Positions 1 to 11,141 of a stretch of 64,000 bases of DNA are shown here, piece by piece. Position 1 is the first letter of the stretch. Every line of letters begins with the position of its first letter. The stretch lies in contig CP000067.1 in the NCBI GenBank assembly GCA_000002445.1, positions 1,440,001 to 1,504,000 of the forward strand. Direction: 5' to 3'. Source of the stretch: Trypanosoma brucei. Taxonomy: Eukaryota. The notes under the pieces were generated by a model that worked only from the letters and a program-made list of their open reading frames with translations, ran no database searches and was not told the origin of the DNA. A program made the position numbers and the translations under genes.

Positions 1-146
1 TTCCTTTTCTTTTCCTCTTTTTTTTTTTCGGTGTGGTGGGGGGTGGGGAGGTTTATTTGACTTGACGTAACGGAGGAAAAAAAAAACAATGCGGGAACAA
101 CTTCACGTGTACTTTGTCAAAAATATTTGAGGGTACAACGACGACA

Positions 147-199
<53 letters not shown>
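147..199. repeat. (AAT)n microsatellite; further simple repeats nearby: (CAA)n around 268-285 and (TA)n around 800-830
   Basis: Uninterrupted aat triplets are directly visible in the sequence. Confidence 0.9.
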
Positions 200-205
<6 letters not shown>

Positions 206-1140
206 CAAAACGCAGCAGCTAAATGAAGTATGAAACGAGCCGAAACAAACCAAACCGAACCGAAACAACAACAACAACAACACCATCAATAACTGTAACT
301 ATAACTATATAATAATAATAGTAATATCAACAAAAATAATAAACAATAATAGTTGTAACAGAAACATTGATATTGAGGTCGTTTTGGATCAACCGAAACA
401 AAACATAACAACAAAAAAAAAGACAGAAAAGTAGACATATATGAACGCACCTATCGCATGTGAGTTCAGTGCTTTGAATATTTAATGGGTTCAGTTTCTG
501 CAATTTACTTTCCTCATTTTATTCATACAAAAAAAAAAAATGTCTTTCCATTCGAATTTTTTTTCTATTTTCTTCCTTTATGATTACTCCTACATTTACA
601 ATTTACCTTTAACTTTTTCTTTCTGTTGTTGTTTCTAAGCTTCAGTTGATTGACTTCTTCATCTCGATACACCGTTTCTTGTTGTTGTTGTTTTCCCCCC
701 TCTTCCTCTCCTATTCCTTTCCCTTTCCCTTTTCCTTTCCCTTTTCCTCTTACTTTTACAATTATTATTATTAATATTATTATTATTCCTCATTTCCCTA
801 TATATATATATATATATATATTGTTCCTTCCTGCAGTATTAGCCACACGTTCGAATCACTTTCATCTCTAATTTCATTGGTTTTTCATTTCCCCCCCCCG
901 CCCGCCGCCTCTCGCCGTTTCTTTTTTTTTTCCTTTTTTCTTTAAATTTCCTAACTTAAATTTTCGTTGTTTAACGGTGTTTATCTTTTTTTTCTTTTCC
1001 TTTCTTTTTCTTCTTAAAATTTATATTCACCTCCTTCTTTCGCTAAGTTGCTAAAAGTAAGTGAAGTGTCACAGACTCGACAGGCGGGTCTCTCCCTTTT
1101 TTTCTTTTTTTTTTGTTTTTCCATTCGCTTCTCTCTGATA

Positions 1141-1200
1141 ACAAACAAACACGCACAAACACGCACAAACACGCACAAACACGCAAACACGCACAAACGC
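1141..1200. repeat. (ACAAACACGC)n decamer tandem repeat of about 5.5 units inside a long pyrimidine/purine-tract-rich intergenic region (1-1876)
   Basis: Repeated 'acaaacacgc' units are seen directly. The flanking poly-T/poly-A and CT-rich tracts are typical of trypanosomatid intergenic and UTR sequence. Confidence 0.85.
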
Positions 1201-1876
1201 AAAAAAAAAAAAAACAGACAAATACAAAATCTGCCATGTATATTTTCTAATATCATCTTCACTTAATATAAACAAAATCAATTTTCCAAAGACGTTCTTT
1301 TCTTTATTTCAAATTCTTACTCTTTTTTTTCTTTTTCTTTTTTTTTTTGAAAAAAAAAAAATCGATCTGCTTTCGTTCTGTTCTGCATCACGGTTTGTTT
1401 GTTTGTTTGTTTTTTACGTGTCATGTACATTTTCTTTACTTCTGTAAAATTTCGCCACACCTCATGCTTTGACAAGCCAAGTTACCTCTCTTTCTCGCTC
1501 CCTTTCTTTCTGCTTCCATTCGAAACAGTTAAAAAAAACAATTCCGCAAACTGCACTTCAACAAGTTCATGTTGCCTTCCAGTTCATCCTAACACTATAA
1601 TCACCCATTCTTCTTTTTTACCGTTTCATTATCTCTTTTTTTTCTTCTTCTTTTGTTTGCTTTTTTGTGTGTTTGTGCAGAGAAGAAGAAGAAAAAACAA
1701 ACAAAAGAGATCGGTTCTACAGTGGTTTGTTACCCCCACTTCACTTCAACCGTACACCACCCAATTCAATCATTACACAAAACATCAACACTAAGGAAAA
1801 GCAAAAACAAAAACAAAAACAAGAACAAACAAAAAGAAAAAAAGGAAAAGGAAAAGGAAAAAAAAAAAGAAATTTG

Positions 1877-3199
1877 TCAACGAGGCACGGCATTCTGAAG
1901 GACAGAAATCCAACGCTCGTAAGATTCTTCTGAGCGGTCCTTAAACCAATACGCCTTTCCCGTTTGGTTCTTAAGGGCAAAGACGTATTTTTCATGAGCC
2001 ATTGCAGCGTCTATTGGACAAACAGATGTAAGGGCTTCAAGATCCACCCTCTCAACATCACCAGTTTCTACATTTCGCATTAAGACCCCGTTATGGTCTA
2101 GTGAAAGTTCGCAGTCCTTCCAACCACGATCCGCAGTGTGACGTTGCAACATCCCACGGTGAGGTGTCACACGACTTCCCTCATATTCGGGGAGTTCGGA
2201 ACTCAACACCTCATCAATGTTTTGTGCAATCTCATTGAAAACCTGCTGTGGAATCTTTTTGTGGATCTCCACACTCCGTCGGAGCGTTTCTAAGCCACGG
2301 CGAATGAAAGGTAGTTGAAAAAGCTGCCGCAATGACGGCCGTTTAGCCGGATCGAGAGAAAGTAACTGATCACACACCCGGCGAAGATCATCCGAGTACA
2401 TATTTGGAAGCGGGGCGCGGCGGGCATGGACAATATTATCAATGAGCTCATCCATATTACGCCCACCAAAAGGACGCTTGAGTACCATAACTTCATACAA
2501 CACCACACCAAGAGCCCACATTTCACTCTTTTTGCTGTACGGTGCGCGGCGCCAGAGTTCGGGGCTCAAATAATATGGCGTCCCACAGAAAGTAGTGCCA
2601 ACAGGATTTGACAGCGAGTCCTCGTATTGACGACTGAAGCCAAAGTCACCCAACTTCACAAGGCCCGTCGTCGTGAGCAGCACGTTGGCAGTTTTAAGGT
2701 CGCGGTGCATCATGTTATTGCCATGAATGTGATCCAGCGCAAGACATAGTTGCAAAAATATGTATAACACTTCATGTTCCTTGAAGTGCCGTACCGCGTG
2801 CTGGCGTGCTTTGATCTGTCTGTAGAGATCACCACCATCAGCATACTCCATGATGATGAGCAACATCCCACCGCGGTCGTATGAGGCTCGGTGGCGTATA
2901 ATATTTGCATTGTTGCAGCGTGAAAGGCATTTAACCTCATTTGTCACGAAACCGCGATCCTTCGCGCTCATATTGTTTGTGTCCATCACCTTTGCTGCAA
3001 AAATTAGCCCCGTTGCCGTTTCTTCCACCCGCCATGCGCTACCAAAACTCCCCTGACCCAAAAGTTTCTTCTTAACATATTTGCATTCGGCACGTGAGCC
3101 GAGAATTCCTTCAAGAGGATCTTTTTTTTCCGTGCCTTCCTCCGCGGGTGGTACCGGAAGGGCGCTGTTACCGTTCGCGGGACGCTTATGTTCCGTCAT
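1877..3199 (-). CDS. NEK-family (NRK-type) serine/threonine protein kinase with a C-terminal PH domain
   Basis: The 440-aa ORF starts at an ATG. Kinase motifs are present: GQGSFGSAW (Gly loop), AAK (VAIK-like), HRDLKTANVLL, DFGFS and GTPYYLSPE. The C-terminal ~110 aa look PH-like (…YVFALKNQTGKAYWFKDRSEESYERWISVLQ). It is paralogous (~50% identity) to the ORF at 25473-26768. Confidence 0.9.
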   Translation of the reverse strand: MTEHKRPANGNSALPVPPAEEGTEKKDPLEGILGSRAECKYVKKKLLGQGSFGSAWRVEETATGLIFAAKVMDTNNMSAKDRGFVTNEVKCLSRCNNANIIRHRASYDRGGMLLIIMEYADGGDLYRQIKARQHAVRHFKEHEVLYIFLQLCLALDHIHGNNMMHRDLKTANVLLTTTGLVKLGDFGFSRQYEDSLSNPVGTTFCGTPYYLSPELWRRAPYSKKSEMWALGVVLYEVMVLKRPFGGRNMDELIDNIVHARRAPLPNMYSDDLRRVCDQLLSLDPAKRPSLRQLFQLPFIRRGLETLRRSVEIHKKIPQQVFNEIAQNIDEVLSSELPEYEGSRVTPHRGMLQRHTADRGWKDCELSLDHNGVLMRNVETGDVERVDLEALTSVCPIDAAMAHEKYVFALKNQTGKAYWFKDRSEESYERWISVLQNAVPR

Positions 3200-3965
3200 G
3201 CGTTATTGTTTCACGACAGTATGTCCGAGTAGTACTCCACTGTTAGTAATAACACAACGATTTACACACACTGCGTTGCTTGGTGTCCACTGTAAAGCAA
3301 AGTATACGTATATATTTCCTTTTGTTTCCCTTCACTGTATCAACACACACACACACAAAACAAAAAAAAAATCTCCCCGTTTCCGGTTTTATATGCACAG
3401 TTGTTGCCAATTATTTACTGGTTGGGCGCCAGCCTCAGTGCAGGAATGTGTGGCGTGAGCAGAACTTTGTGTTTTGTCCCACTCGTTGCTTGTTGCCTGC
3501 ACAGTGAACTTTCGTTCCCTAACCCTTCTCCTTTATTTACTCACCTTTCGGCTTCTTTTCGACTGATTTGTCCAGTTTTCTCCACGATACCTCAACGGCA
3601 CCAAACCCAAGGAGAAAACAAGGCTGTTGGACACTTTATGGGGTATCGTGCTTCCTAAACCAAGTGTACGTGTACGTACGGGTGTAATGAAATGGAAAGA
3701 GGAAAGTCAGCAACAGCAAGGAGGAAATGGTGGAGACTAAGCAAAAGGCAAAAAAAAAAGGATAAGCAAGCCAAAGTTTCGACACTAACTGTGAAGAACA
3801 ATGCCAGTTGAAGGACCATTGACGCTCTTCGCAGGGAGGAAGAAAAATTTGTAACTGATGCTTAATGGTCAAATAGTTAAAGGGCCTCAAACTGAAAAGC
3901 TTCGGGTCGTGCGAGCAAGGCATCCTTCTCTTCCCGACTTACCAACCCACCAACCGTCCAAAGGT

Positions 3966-6632
3966 TCACTCAACAGCAGTTGCGGATGACGATTCAGAGC
4001 GAGACCGTTTTGCTGGTGGTTCACTCGATGAGTTCTCCTCGCCTTCATTTTCTTCACTATCACAGTTGCAACTATCGTCGTTGGACGCAAAATCACTGTT
4101 GTCTGGGGCCTGCTGGGCAGATGTTGTGTAATGGCTCTCAAGCGGGTCGTCGTAACCAACCACTCCGGAGCCCATCACCTGCAACTTATTGTTGGCCGGT
4201 TGCGCATCGACGCCAAGCTCTGCCAACAATAATTCAAAATCTGAATCTCTCCCATTCCACCCATTACGCTCCACTGTGCTCGCTACACTTGACGTCTCTG
4301 CACCAGCAGAAGCGGCTTCCTCAGGTGTCTCCAGCAGCGAGTGCTCCAAGCGAGTGGCGAGAGCTGGGCAGTGCTGTCGCATGCGCTCTCCGTAAGCTTG
4401 CCACAGTCGATTGCCAACATTATGGCACATATTTCTGTTGCACTCATCCACATCTACGTCCGCGCCGTCGCCGTTCGCGGATGAGATAACAGTGCTTTCA
4501 TCTTCGGACGCAAACAGCGACGGCGCAAAGGGATTATTGGCTGAGCCGCAGAACGATGTTTGCCGCAGCGCACTCCCCTTTTCCATGCGGATTGCTCTGC
4601 ACAGGGAATCAATAAGATGGGCAAGAGAGGAGCGGAACAAACTGTTGCTGTTGGGGCTACAGACTAAATAACGGCGCACGGCTGTATCGAGAAGCTCTCC
4701 ACCTGCATACAGCAGTGGCAATGCCACAAGCTGTCGCTTGTTGCAATTTAATAGGGAAGCAATAAAAGACGCAACGGACGATTGCACGTTCGCGACAGAA
4801 CGTGCACGAGACTGCAGTACGTTGTCCAAACATTGCACCAGGCAAGACTGTTGTAGAAGGTTAGCAAGCGGCCTACTAAGCGGTTCATCTACCGCGTCAA
4901 CAAGCACTGTAAAGACTCTTAGTATGTGAATCACACGTGTCTCGCCGTGGAATCCTCGCATCACTCTCTCTAACGAACCCAAGACGTTCACCAGCCCCTC
5001 TGTAAGCGATAGTAGTGGAGGCCGTCGTTTCCCATCATCTCCATTCAACCAAAATTGTATAATGTCGCGCCTCTCAGCCGCACAGATAGCCACGCCAGCC
5101 GGTGACTGAAGCAGCGCGCACGTTACGCAAGACACTACGGCATCCACTGCCGCCTGCAGTTCAGCGCCACAGTGAGTTACCACAACGCATTGCAGCAGTA
5201 ACTCGAGTAAGCAACCATCCGGCTTAGAATGGCCCTCCTCCGTAAGCAAACACCGTCCCTGAGGGTAAAATGTGAGGCAATTACTGATGATATCACATGC
5301 CATCAGTAGCGCCATCCCTGGTGAAATGTTAGGTGATATTAAGCACTGTTGGTCCGGTTGCCAGCGAGGCGCTGCTTCGTAAAGGGCCAGAGCCCTAGAA
5401 AGAACGAACCGAATAAAGGGTATCAGCGACGTTCTGATCATGGCCCCAAATATGGACGACTTATACTCAATGGACATCGTAGCGCTGCGCACCGTCCTGC
5501 ACATATCGTGTAGGAATGCGGTGACTTCAAAGGCAAGTTTAACGTCGTCGTAAGCCCGAGTAAAGGCTTCGGGTAAAATATGACGCGACTTGCATATGTC
5601 ATCCACCAGTTGGCTTTTATTAGTCATTATGTAATTGCTGAGAAGCGAAGAAGGGTTGGCATCTGCTTCATCAAGGGAGACCGGAAGCATATCTTTCAAG
5701 CAACTACACGCATGCAGTTCGTGAATCTTCAACACAGTGCTCTCCGGAAGCATAAGCGGATTACGAAATGTTGCACGCCGTTGGGCAATGTCAACGAAAC
5801 CCGATTGACTATCACACCTTCCAATAGCAAACTGCACGACCTGGAGAACCCTGTCAATAACTTCCCTGTCTATAAATTGGGAGATAATTTTCCCGTCTGT
5901 ACAGAACGGTTGATGTAAGAGTGTAGTTGTGATTGTCCCTATGAGATTCATGCCCCGCTGGTCGTTGTCTCCTTTGCAATATTCAAATAGGTCTACCAAC
6001 TCCTTAATGTACGTCTCGTGACTCCGAACGAACAGTCCGAAGCGCTGTGGGTTTGTCTGCATCACAGAAATAATAATTGGAAGATTTTCACGGCATACCA
6101 ACCAGTTTCTGCAGAGTGCCAGAGGTCCTCCACACCCATCAATGTAGCCCTCAGCCTCACTCCCAGTGACTACAAGACCTCCTCCGTCGTCACCACCATT
6201 GTTCATCCCCCCGACTTCGGTAGGAGGCCTACGTGAGCGTTGGTAATCTAATATTTCTGAATAGATCTTATCGCATCCCTCTTTTGTGTTGAAGCTGCAT
6301 GAGAGAAGGCGACCAAGCGCCACATCTGACCACAAGAGAATGGTTTCCTGCTGGACAACGTAGATATCCTCGAGGCTGATAGGCGTACTGATTAACAGCT
6401 CTTGTGGGTTGTCAATATCAACCATTTCCAGACACCCAACTGTTTGCTCCAACCTGCCGCAGTCGCCACTTCGCCCTTCGCCTTTGCCTTCACCAAACCC
6501 CTCCTCTCCTTCATTAGCTACGGAGCGCATCACAATAAATACAACACCAACACCCATTTCTGTCCATGACTCCTGGTCGGACAGGGCCGTGTACAACTTC
6601 GCCTTCGTGAAGAGATGAGGGCCATTATCCAT
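3966..6632 (-). CDS. Serine/threonine protein phosphatase 4 regulatory subunit 3 (SMEK/Psy2/Falafel homologue)
   Basis: The N-terminal EVH1/RanBD-like region aligns with SMEK1. KAKLYTALSDQESWTEMGVG matches RVKVYTLNEDRQWDDRGTG, and ETILLWSDVALGRLLSCSFNTKEGCDKIYSEI matches [31 protein letters not shown]. There is a long helical/ARM-like middle and an acidic Ser/Asp/Glu-rich C-terminal tail. The ORF track extends to 6731, but the Met at 6632 (MDNGPHLF…) is the likelier start. Confidence 0.8.
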   Translation of the reverse strand: MDNGPHLFTKAKLYTALSDQESWTEMGVGVVFIVMRSVANEGEEGFGEGKGEGRSGDCGRLEQTVGCLEMVDIDNPQELLISTPISLEDIYVVQQETILLWSDVALGRLLSCSFNTKEGCDKIYSEILDYQRSRRPPTEVGGMNNGGDDGGGLVVTGSEAEGYIDGCGGPLALCRNWLVCRENLPIIISVMQTNPQRFGLFVRSHETYIKELVDLFEYCKGDNDQRGMNLIGTITTTLLHQPFCTDGKIISQFIDREVIDRVLQVVQFAIGRCDSQSGFVDIAQRRATFRNPLMLPESTVLKIHELHACSCLKDMLPVSLDEADANPSSLLSNYIMTNKSQLVDDICKSRHILPEAFTRAYDDVKLAFEVTAFLHDMCRTVRSATMSIEYKSSIFGAMIRTSLIPFIRFVLSRALALYEAAPRWQPDQQCLISPNISPGMALLMACDIISNCLTFYPQGRCLLTEEGHSKPDGCLLELLLQCVVVTHCGAELQAAVDAVVSCVTCALLQSPAGVAICAAERRDIIQFWLNGDDGKRRPPLLSLTEGLVNVLGSLERVMRGFHGETRVIHILRVFTVLVDAVDEPLSRPLANLLQQSCLVQCLDNVLQSRARSVANVQSSVASFIASLLNCNKRQLVALPLLYAGGELLDTAVRRYLVCSPNSNSLFRSSLAHLIDSLCRAIRMEKGSALRQTSFCGSANNPFAPSLFASEDESTVISSANGDGADVDVDECNRNMCHNVGNRLWQAYGERMRQHCPALATRLEHSLLETPEEAASAGAETSSVASTVERNGWNGRDSDFELLLAELGVDAQPANNKLQVMGSGVVGYDDPLESHYTTSAQQAPDNSDFASNDDSCNCDSEENEGEENSSSEPPAKRSRSESSSATAVE

Positions 6633-8489
6633 CTCTCCGCAGTTCCAACTGTTGCGGGCAGGTAATTCAGATATGAAACGAAAAGATCCTTTACTGTATA
6701 TACTTCGGACAGATAAAAGTACGTGCAACACTTCAGCAGATCGAAACGAAACTATAACTAACTTATTTGACCGTTCACTCTATGACACAGGCCCTCCACT
6801 TTGTACTAGGCAACTGGTGTGTTGCCCGGGTGTGTCACAATCCTCACTGTGCAGTCGCAGTTCTATTTTTGTGTTGCCCCACCCTGTACTTGTCAGCGGA
6901 AGGTCCCACAAATAGAAACGAGTAAATGCGTTAAAAACGAAAAATTCAAAAAAAAAAAGTAAAAGCAAAACGGGCGATAGAATGCTGAAAAGGGTCTTTC
7001 CAGGCGCATACATAACTGAACTGGAAGACTTACAGAGTGGTGGAAGTTGGTGGTGTTCAGGAGTGCAGATGTACTCCAAGACTGGACAATATATACGCAA
7101 ATGCATATGAAATAAGAAAAAAATACGAGGAAGTGTACCGCAAAAAAAAAAAAAGCGCACAAACCCCTACAATATGGTGGCAGAAATACATGTACTCCAT
7201 GTGAATGTTACAGTTTTATCAGAACCATATTCATCTCAGCGTATTCGAAAGCTGAAGGCTCTCCATAAACGGTAGCAGAAAGAACAACCTCAAATGTGTT
7301 GCCTCTGCTTCGTAAAAATGCAACACAATGGAGGTGACGCGACTTGATACACACACAGAAACACAGAAACACACACACAGAGAGAGAGACACAGGAACGG
7401 TAAAACAAAAAGTCACTTGCGGCATACGAGACGACTTTTGTTCCCCCAACAACAACAACAACACACCTGAAGGTTACCGTTAGGGTGGAAGAGAAAAAAG
7501 AAATCGTACCATGTAACCTTTTTGGCCTGATCCACAAGTTTGGTGGGATGTCCAAACTGAATGGGCTTTTCATTGAATTGCTGCTGCAACATATTTGGAG
7601 TAACGGGAAACAAATTGAAATTACATCCATTTCACGCCTTTGATGCTGCGGTAGTGAGTCACAGAGATGGCAACAACAACAAAAAAAAACACGGCTCAGG
7701 CGATGTGCCTTTAACTAACTTGACCAATGGAAAACGCAGCGGACACTTTGCAGGTCCCTCACGTTCTTCTATCATTGCTTAGCCTTGACCTTCTGCCATT
7801 ATCACCATCAAATCATCCGCTACAAGAAATTCATCTGCTTTTCGCTATCAAGACTTTCCTCTTAGTATTGGGTATTGCTCCGACCGAGAGCCGTGAGCGG
7901 TAAGTCCATACAAATACGAGTAGTTTTGTAAGTAACAAAAAAAAAAGAGCAGTCAATGTACGAACCTATAGTTTTATACTGTGCTCCTGTGCTCAGTTAG
8001 AAATTATCATTTGAGGAGAAAAAAAGGAGTCGCAAAGTAGCAAGTAGAATAAAAGCAACAGTACGGACCGAAGAAATCAGCTCCAAAGTCCCCGCAAGGT
8101 GGATATACATATATATTTATTTTTAAAAAATAAGTTGAAAGATCGTAGAAAAAATGAAAAGGTTGTGTCTCTAGAGCATCTATCGAAAGCAATTCCGTTT
8201 TTTTTCTTCTCAACAGGCGGAACCGCCCTTTACTTAACACGAGCAAGCAATTTGTAAACCCTCATACTACGTAGCGTTTCACGAACAGCTACTGCGGTGT
8301 GATCGGGTCGAAGAAATAAGCGAAATTCATGGTGAAAAGCCGAAAATGCGGCACATGTGTTTACTACTCTATTATTAGTACTGTGAAGACGCAAAGCTTC
8401 CTAGCATTAATGACCAATATATACGTGTATATATATATATATATACTACGGGTTTATTGTTAGGTTGCATGATATTTTATGTTCGCGTA

Positions 8490-11141
8490 TCACATCATCG
8501 ATACCAGAGCACGCACGCTGTCGGAGGGACATGAGAAACTTGTTTCCGCAGAGCATAAACTCCGGTGGTGGCTTCCCGGCGATCCGTTTCCATCTCGGTC
8601 GAGCGGCCCCATTCTTCGGTGGGATCGTGTATTTTCGAGCGGTTTACTGTAGCGGAAATCGTTCGATTTTTCTGCTGCTTGAAGGCTATTTCTTGCGTGC
8701 AGCCTGAGACGATCCACTGTTAGACCATTTGCTTTAAATGTGGCATTTTGCACAGCGCCTAACTGCTGTTTTTTACAACAAGTAGCGGCTGCCATCATTC
8801 TGTTGATGCAGCGATTATTTAACGGTTTACACGCGATGGGGCTGTTGGCCGCATTCACATACCTGATAGAAGGCGCGATTTGTGTCGTGTGTCGCTTCAC
8901 AAACTCCTTCCATGTGCGGAAGTACCGACGCAAAAACTCCAAATGAACTCTGTTGAGGAGTGCAGCAAAAGCTGTCGGAGTGGGGTGGCCACCACCAGTA
9001 CCCAATCTCTCCTCGTCACACCTCACAGAACGCTTTAGCGGTATTGAAACATTTTTTCCCCAACGCTGTGCTGTCGAGGAAGGCCAAACCTGAGGCGAGT
9101 GAAGTGGCTCTAGAAAAATATCATCATTCTTCTCGACCAGTTGAGATCCGCGTTCGGAGGGTATTTTCCCATCAACGCTTGTTCCGCCTGAAGGTGTGCG
9201 CGGGGAATTTCGTGGGCCCATGGGTAACGTCTGAGTTCGCAGAAAAGGAGCCTGTGAGTCGTCCTCCTCCTGTTCCAAGCAGGTTTTAAAGCTGCGCGCT
9301 GTCAGCATCGAATCTCCGGTTACAGCATCAGATGGTACACTTCCTAACACATCACCAACAATGGTTTCGTGCAAGTTCTCCACAAAATGGCTCATGTTGG
9401 AAGCCAACTCGGCAGCCTTCACGAGAGGGTCCATTTCCACACCTTTGCCCGACATCGGCTTAAGGTAACTGGTGTCATTGTCACCCCCACAATTTGTTTT
9501 CTCCCTGTTAAGTATCGGTTGGGACAACAAAAATAGACCCTGGCACATCCTTCCTTCCGTGTTGTCAGTTTGTGTCGCTGAATCCAGCACTTTGCGGTGG
9601 TCATCATACCGCACATCACCACTTGCTGCAGGCCGCCTCTCACGAGGTGGTGACGGCAGCGGATTCTCACAGATTTCCATCATTTGCTTCTTGTCAATAT
9701 TCGCTTGGTCTTCTCGTGTAACTTCCTCTGTTCCAATGATATCGGAAATTTCGACGACGTCAAATTGAGAGGAACCACTCTCCTCAACTGAGGCATGCCC
9801 AAAATACGTCTGACCCGCTCTGACTTGAGGTTGCGGTGCACTGCACCCCCGACTGGAGGCACCAAATATGTCGCACCCCGCATTCCATCGAAGCGTACAT
9901 TTTTCATAGGCAAATTCTGGATCCTCAGGACACCAATCAGATATTTCTCGTCCAAATGGAACATTTGCTTTCTGTCTTCTTGAGGTCAACGGTGGCCCTG
10001 CGGCGGCGTGGTCCATGTTCTTTTTCATAACAAAGCTTTGCTCTGAACTCCTGTACTGGGAATTGCCACAGAAGCTGCCAAGTCGGTGGGGCTCAGTGGA
10101 AGGTAATTTACCACCAGCACACCAAGCGATGCCGTTGTCGCGCCTTCTTGCTGGGGACTTTACTCCGGCCGAGGGTGATGCCGCCCTTGGGGAGCGCATT
10201 GCAGACAACGACACCTTCTTTTTGTCATCACATTCCCTGTTTCTTTCAATGGCAGAGCGTACGTTGGTCAGTAGTAGAGACCCTCTGCTAATAGAGCTCG
10301 TTGGCGCAAGTGTCATCGACGCAGGGGATTGTCTCATCGGCTGAATTGGGGTTGGCACTGACTCTGGTCGGACCATTACCGCGCCTCGAGACTCTCTTTG
10401 GCATGTTTGAATGCTTTCGCTTTTAGTAATAACGTCGGCCTTAAGGTTGGTATCGATGGACGGGTGTTTGTTACTTTCCAGGAAGCGGTCCACCGGTTGC
10501 GCAAAGGCCTCTAATGCTCTATCTCGAGTTGTTTTCGCGGTATACTCCCGTCGAAGCAGCGCCGCTCGCGTCTGCCGAGGCGAACCCAAAATCAAGGCGT
10601 CACCAGTGAAGCGCGGTGTGATATGATTGTTGCCAGTTGCGGAAGAAACTGCAGCAACGGCGGCTGCAAGAAGGTTTGCATGGCCGGTTGCAGCGCTGCT
10701 TCCAACAAACTCCTGCCTCGGGCTTTGCTTTCCCATTGGTGTATTCAATAATTCCCGTGTGGTTCTTGGCGGAGAAGGTACGTCACGTTTATTCGCAACA
10801 AAAAACGCATGGCGGCGCGGCGTCATTGCTGCATGCACCTCTCCTTCATTGTCCGCTCGCCTTTCCCGCTTAGCTTTGCAATCACCTGCAAACCTGGAAA
10901 GGTGCGGTACCCTCCCGTCACCGAACTCCCGTGCAACCGTGTGATTAAATTTAGCACTTTTCTGTGGGGCGATTCTGATGGGTTTCGTATATCTCACTGC
11001 TTCATGAGCTCGTAATGGTGAGGGGATGCTAAAGAAAACTGAATCCTGATTGTAATCCATATCCTCCTCGTCTTGCGATGGTGCTGACGACTCCTTCTCC
11101 CGAAGGATACGCAAAGCTGCTCTGGAAAGCGGGCCCTTCAT
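8490..11141 (-). CDS. Hypothetical protein, 883 aa, Ser/Pro/Arg-rich and largely low complexity; no recognisable domain
   Basis: It is a long uninterrupted ORF on the same strand as its neighbours in a dense polycistron. The composition is biased but not a simple repeat. Confidence 0.6.
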   Translation of the reverse strand: MKGPLSRAALRILREKESSAPSQDEEDMDYNQDSVFFSIPSPLRAHEAVRYTKPIRIAPQKSAKFNHTVAREFGDGRVPHLSRFAGDCKAKRERRADNEGEVHAAMTPRRHAFFVANKRDVPSPPRTTRELLNTPMGKQSPRQEFVGSSAATGHANLLAAAVAAVSSATGNNHITPRFTGDALILGSPRQTRAALLRREYTAKTTRDRALEAFAQPVDRFLESNKHPSIDTNLKADVITKSESIQTCQRESRGAVMVRPESVPTPIQPMRQSPASMTLAPTSSISRGSLLLTNVRSAIERNRECDDKKKVSLSAMRSPRAASPSAGVKSPARRRDNGIAWCAGGKLPSTEPHRLGSFCGNSQYRSSEQSFVMKKNMDHAAAGPPLTSRRQKANVPFGREISDWCPEDPEFAYEKCTLRWNAGCDIFGASSRGCSAPQPQVRAGQTYFGHASVEESGSSQFDVVEISDIIGTEEVTREDQANIDKKQMMEICENPLPSPPRERRPAASGDVRYDDHRKVLDSATQTDNTEGRMCQGLFLLSQPILNREKTNCGGDNDTSYLKPMSGKGVEMDPLVKAAELASNMSHFVENLHETIVGDVLGSVPSDAVTGDSMLTARSFKTCLEQEEDDSQAPFLRTQTLPMGPRNSPRTPSGGTSVDGKIPSERGSQLVEKNDDIFLEPLHSPQVWPSSTAQRWGKNVSIPLKRSVRCDEERLGTGGGHPTPTAFAALLNRVHLEFLRRYFRTWKEFVKRHTTQIAPSIRYVNAANSPIACKPLNNRCINRMMAAATCCKKQQLGAVQNATFKANGLTVDRLRLHARNSLQAAEKSNDFRYSKPLENTRSHRRMGPLDRDGNGSPGSHHRSLCSAETSFSCPSDSVRALVSMM

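Noticed and set aside
53-1995. The many short ORFs in the first 2 kb (poly-Leu, poly-Phe, poly-Lys and poly-Cys peptides)
   Set aside because: They are translations of microsatellites and homopolymer tracts. They show no sequence complexity or codon structure.
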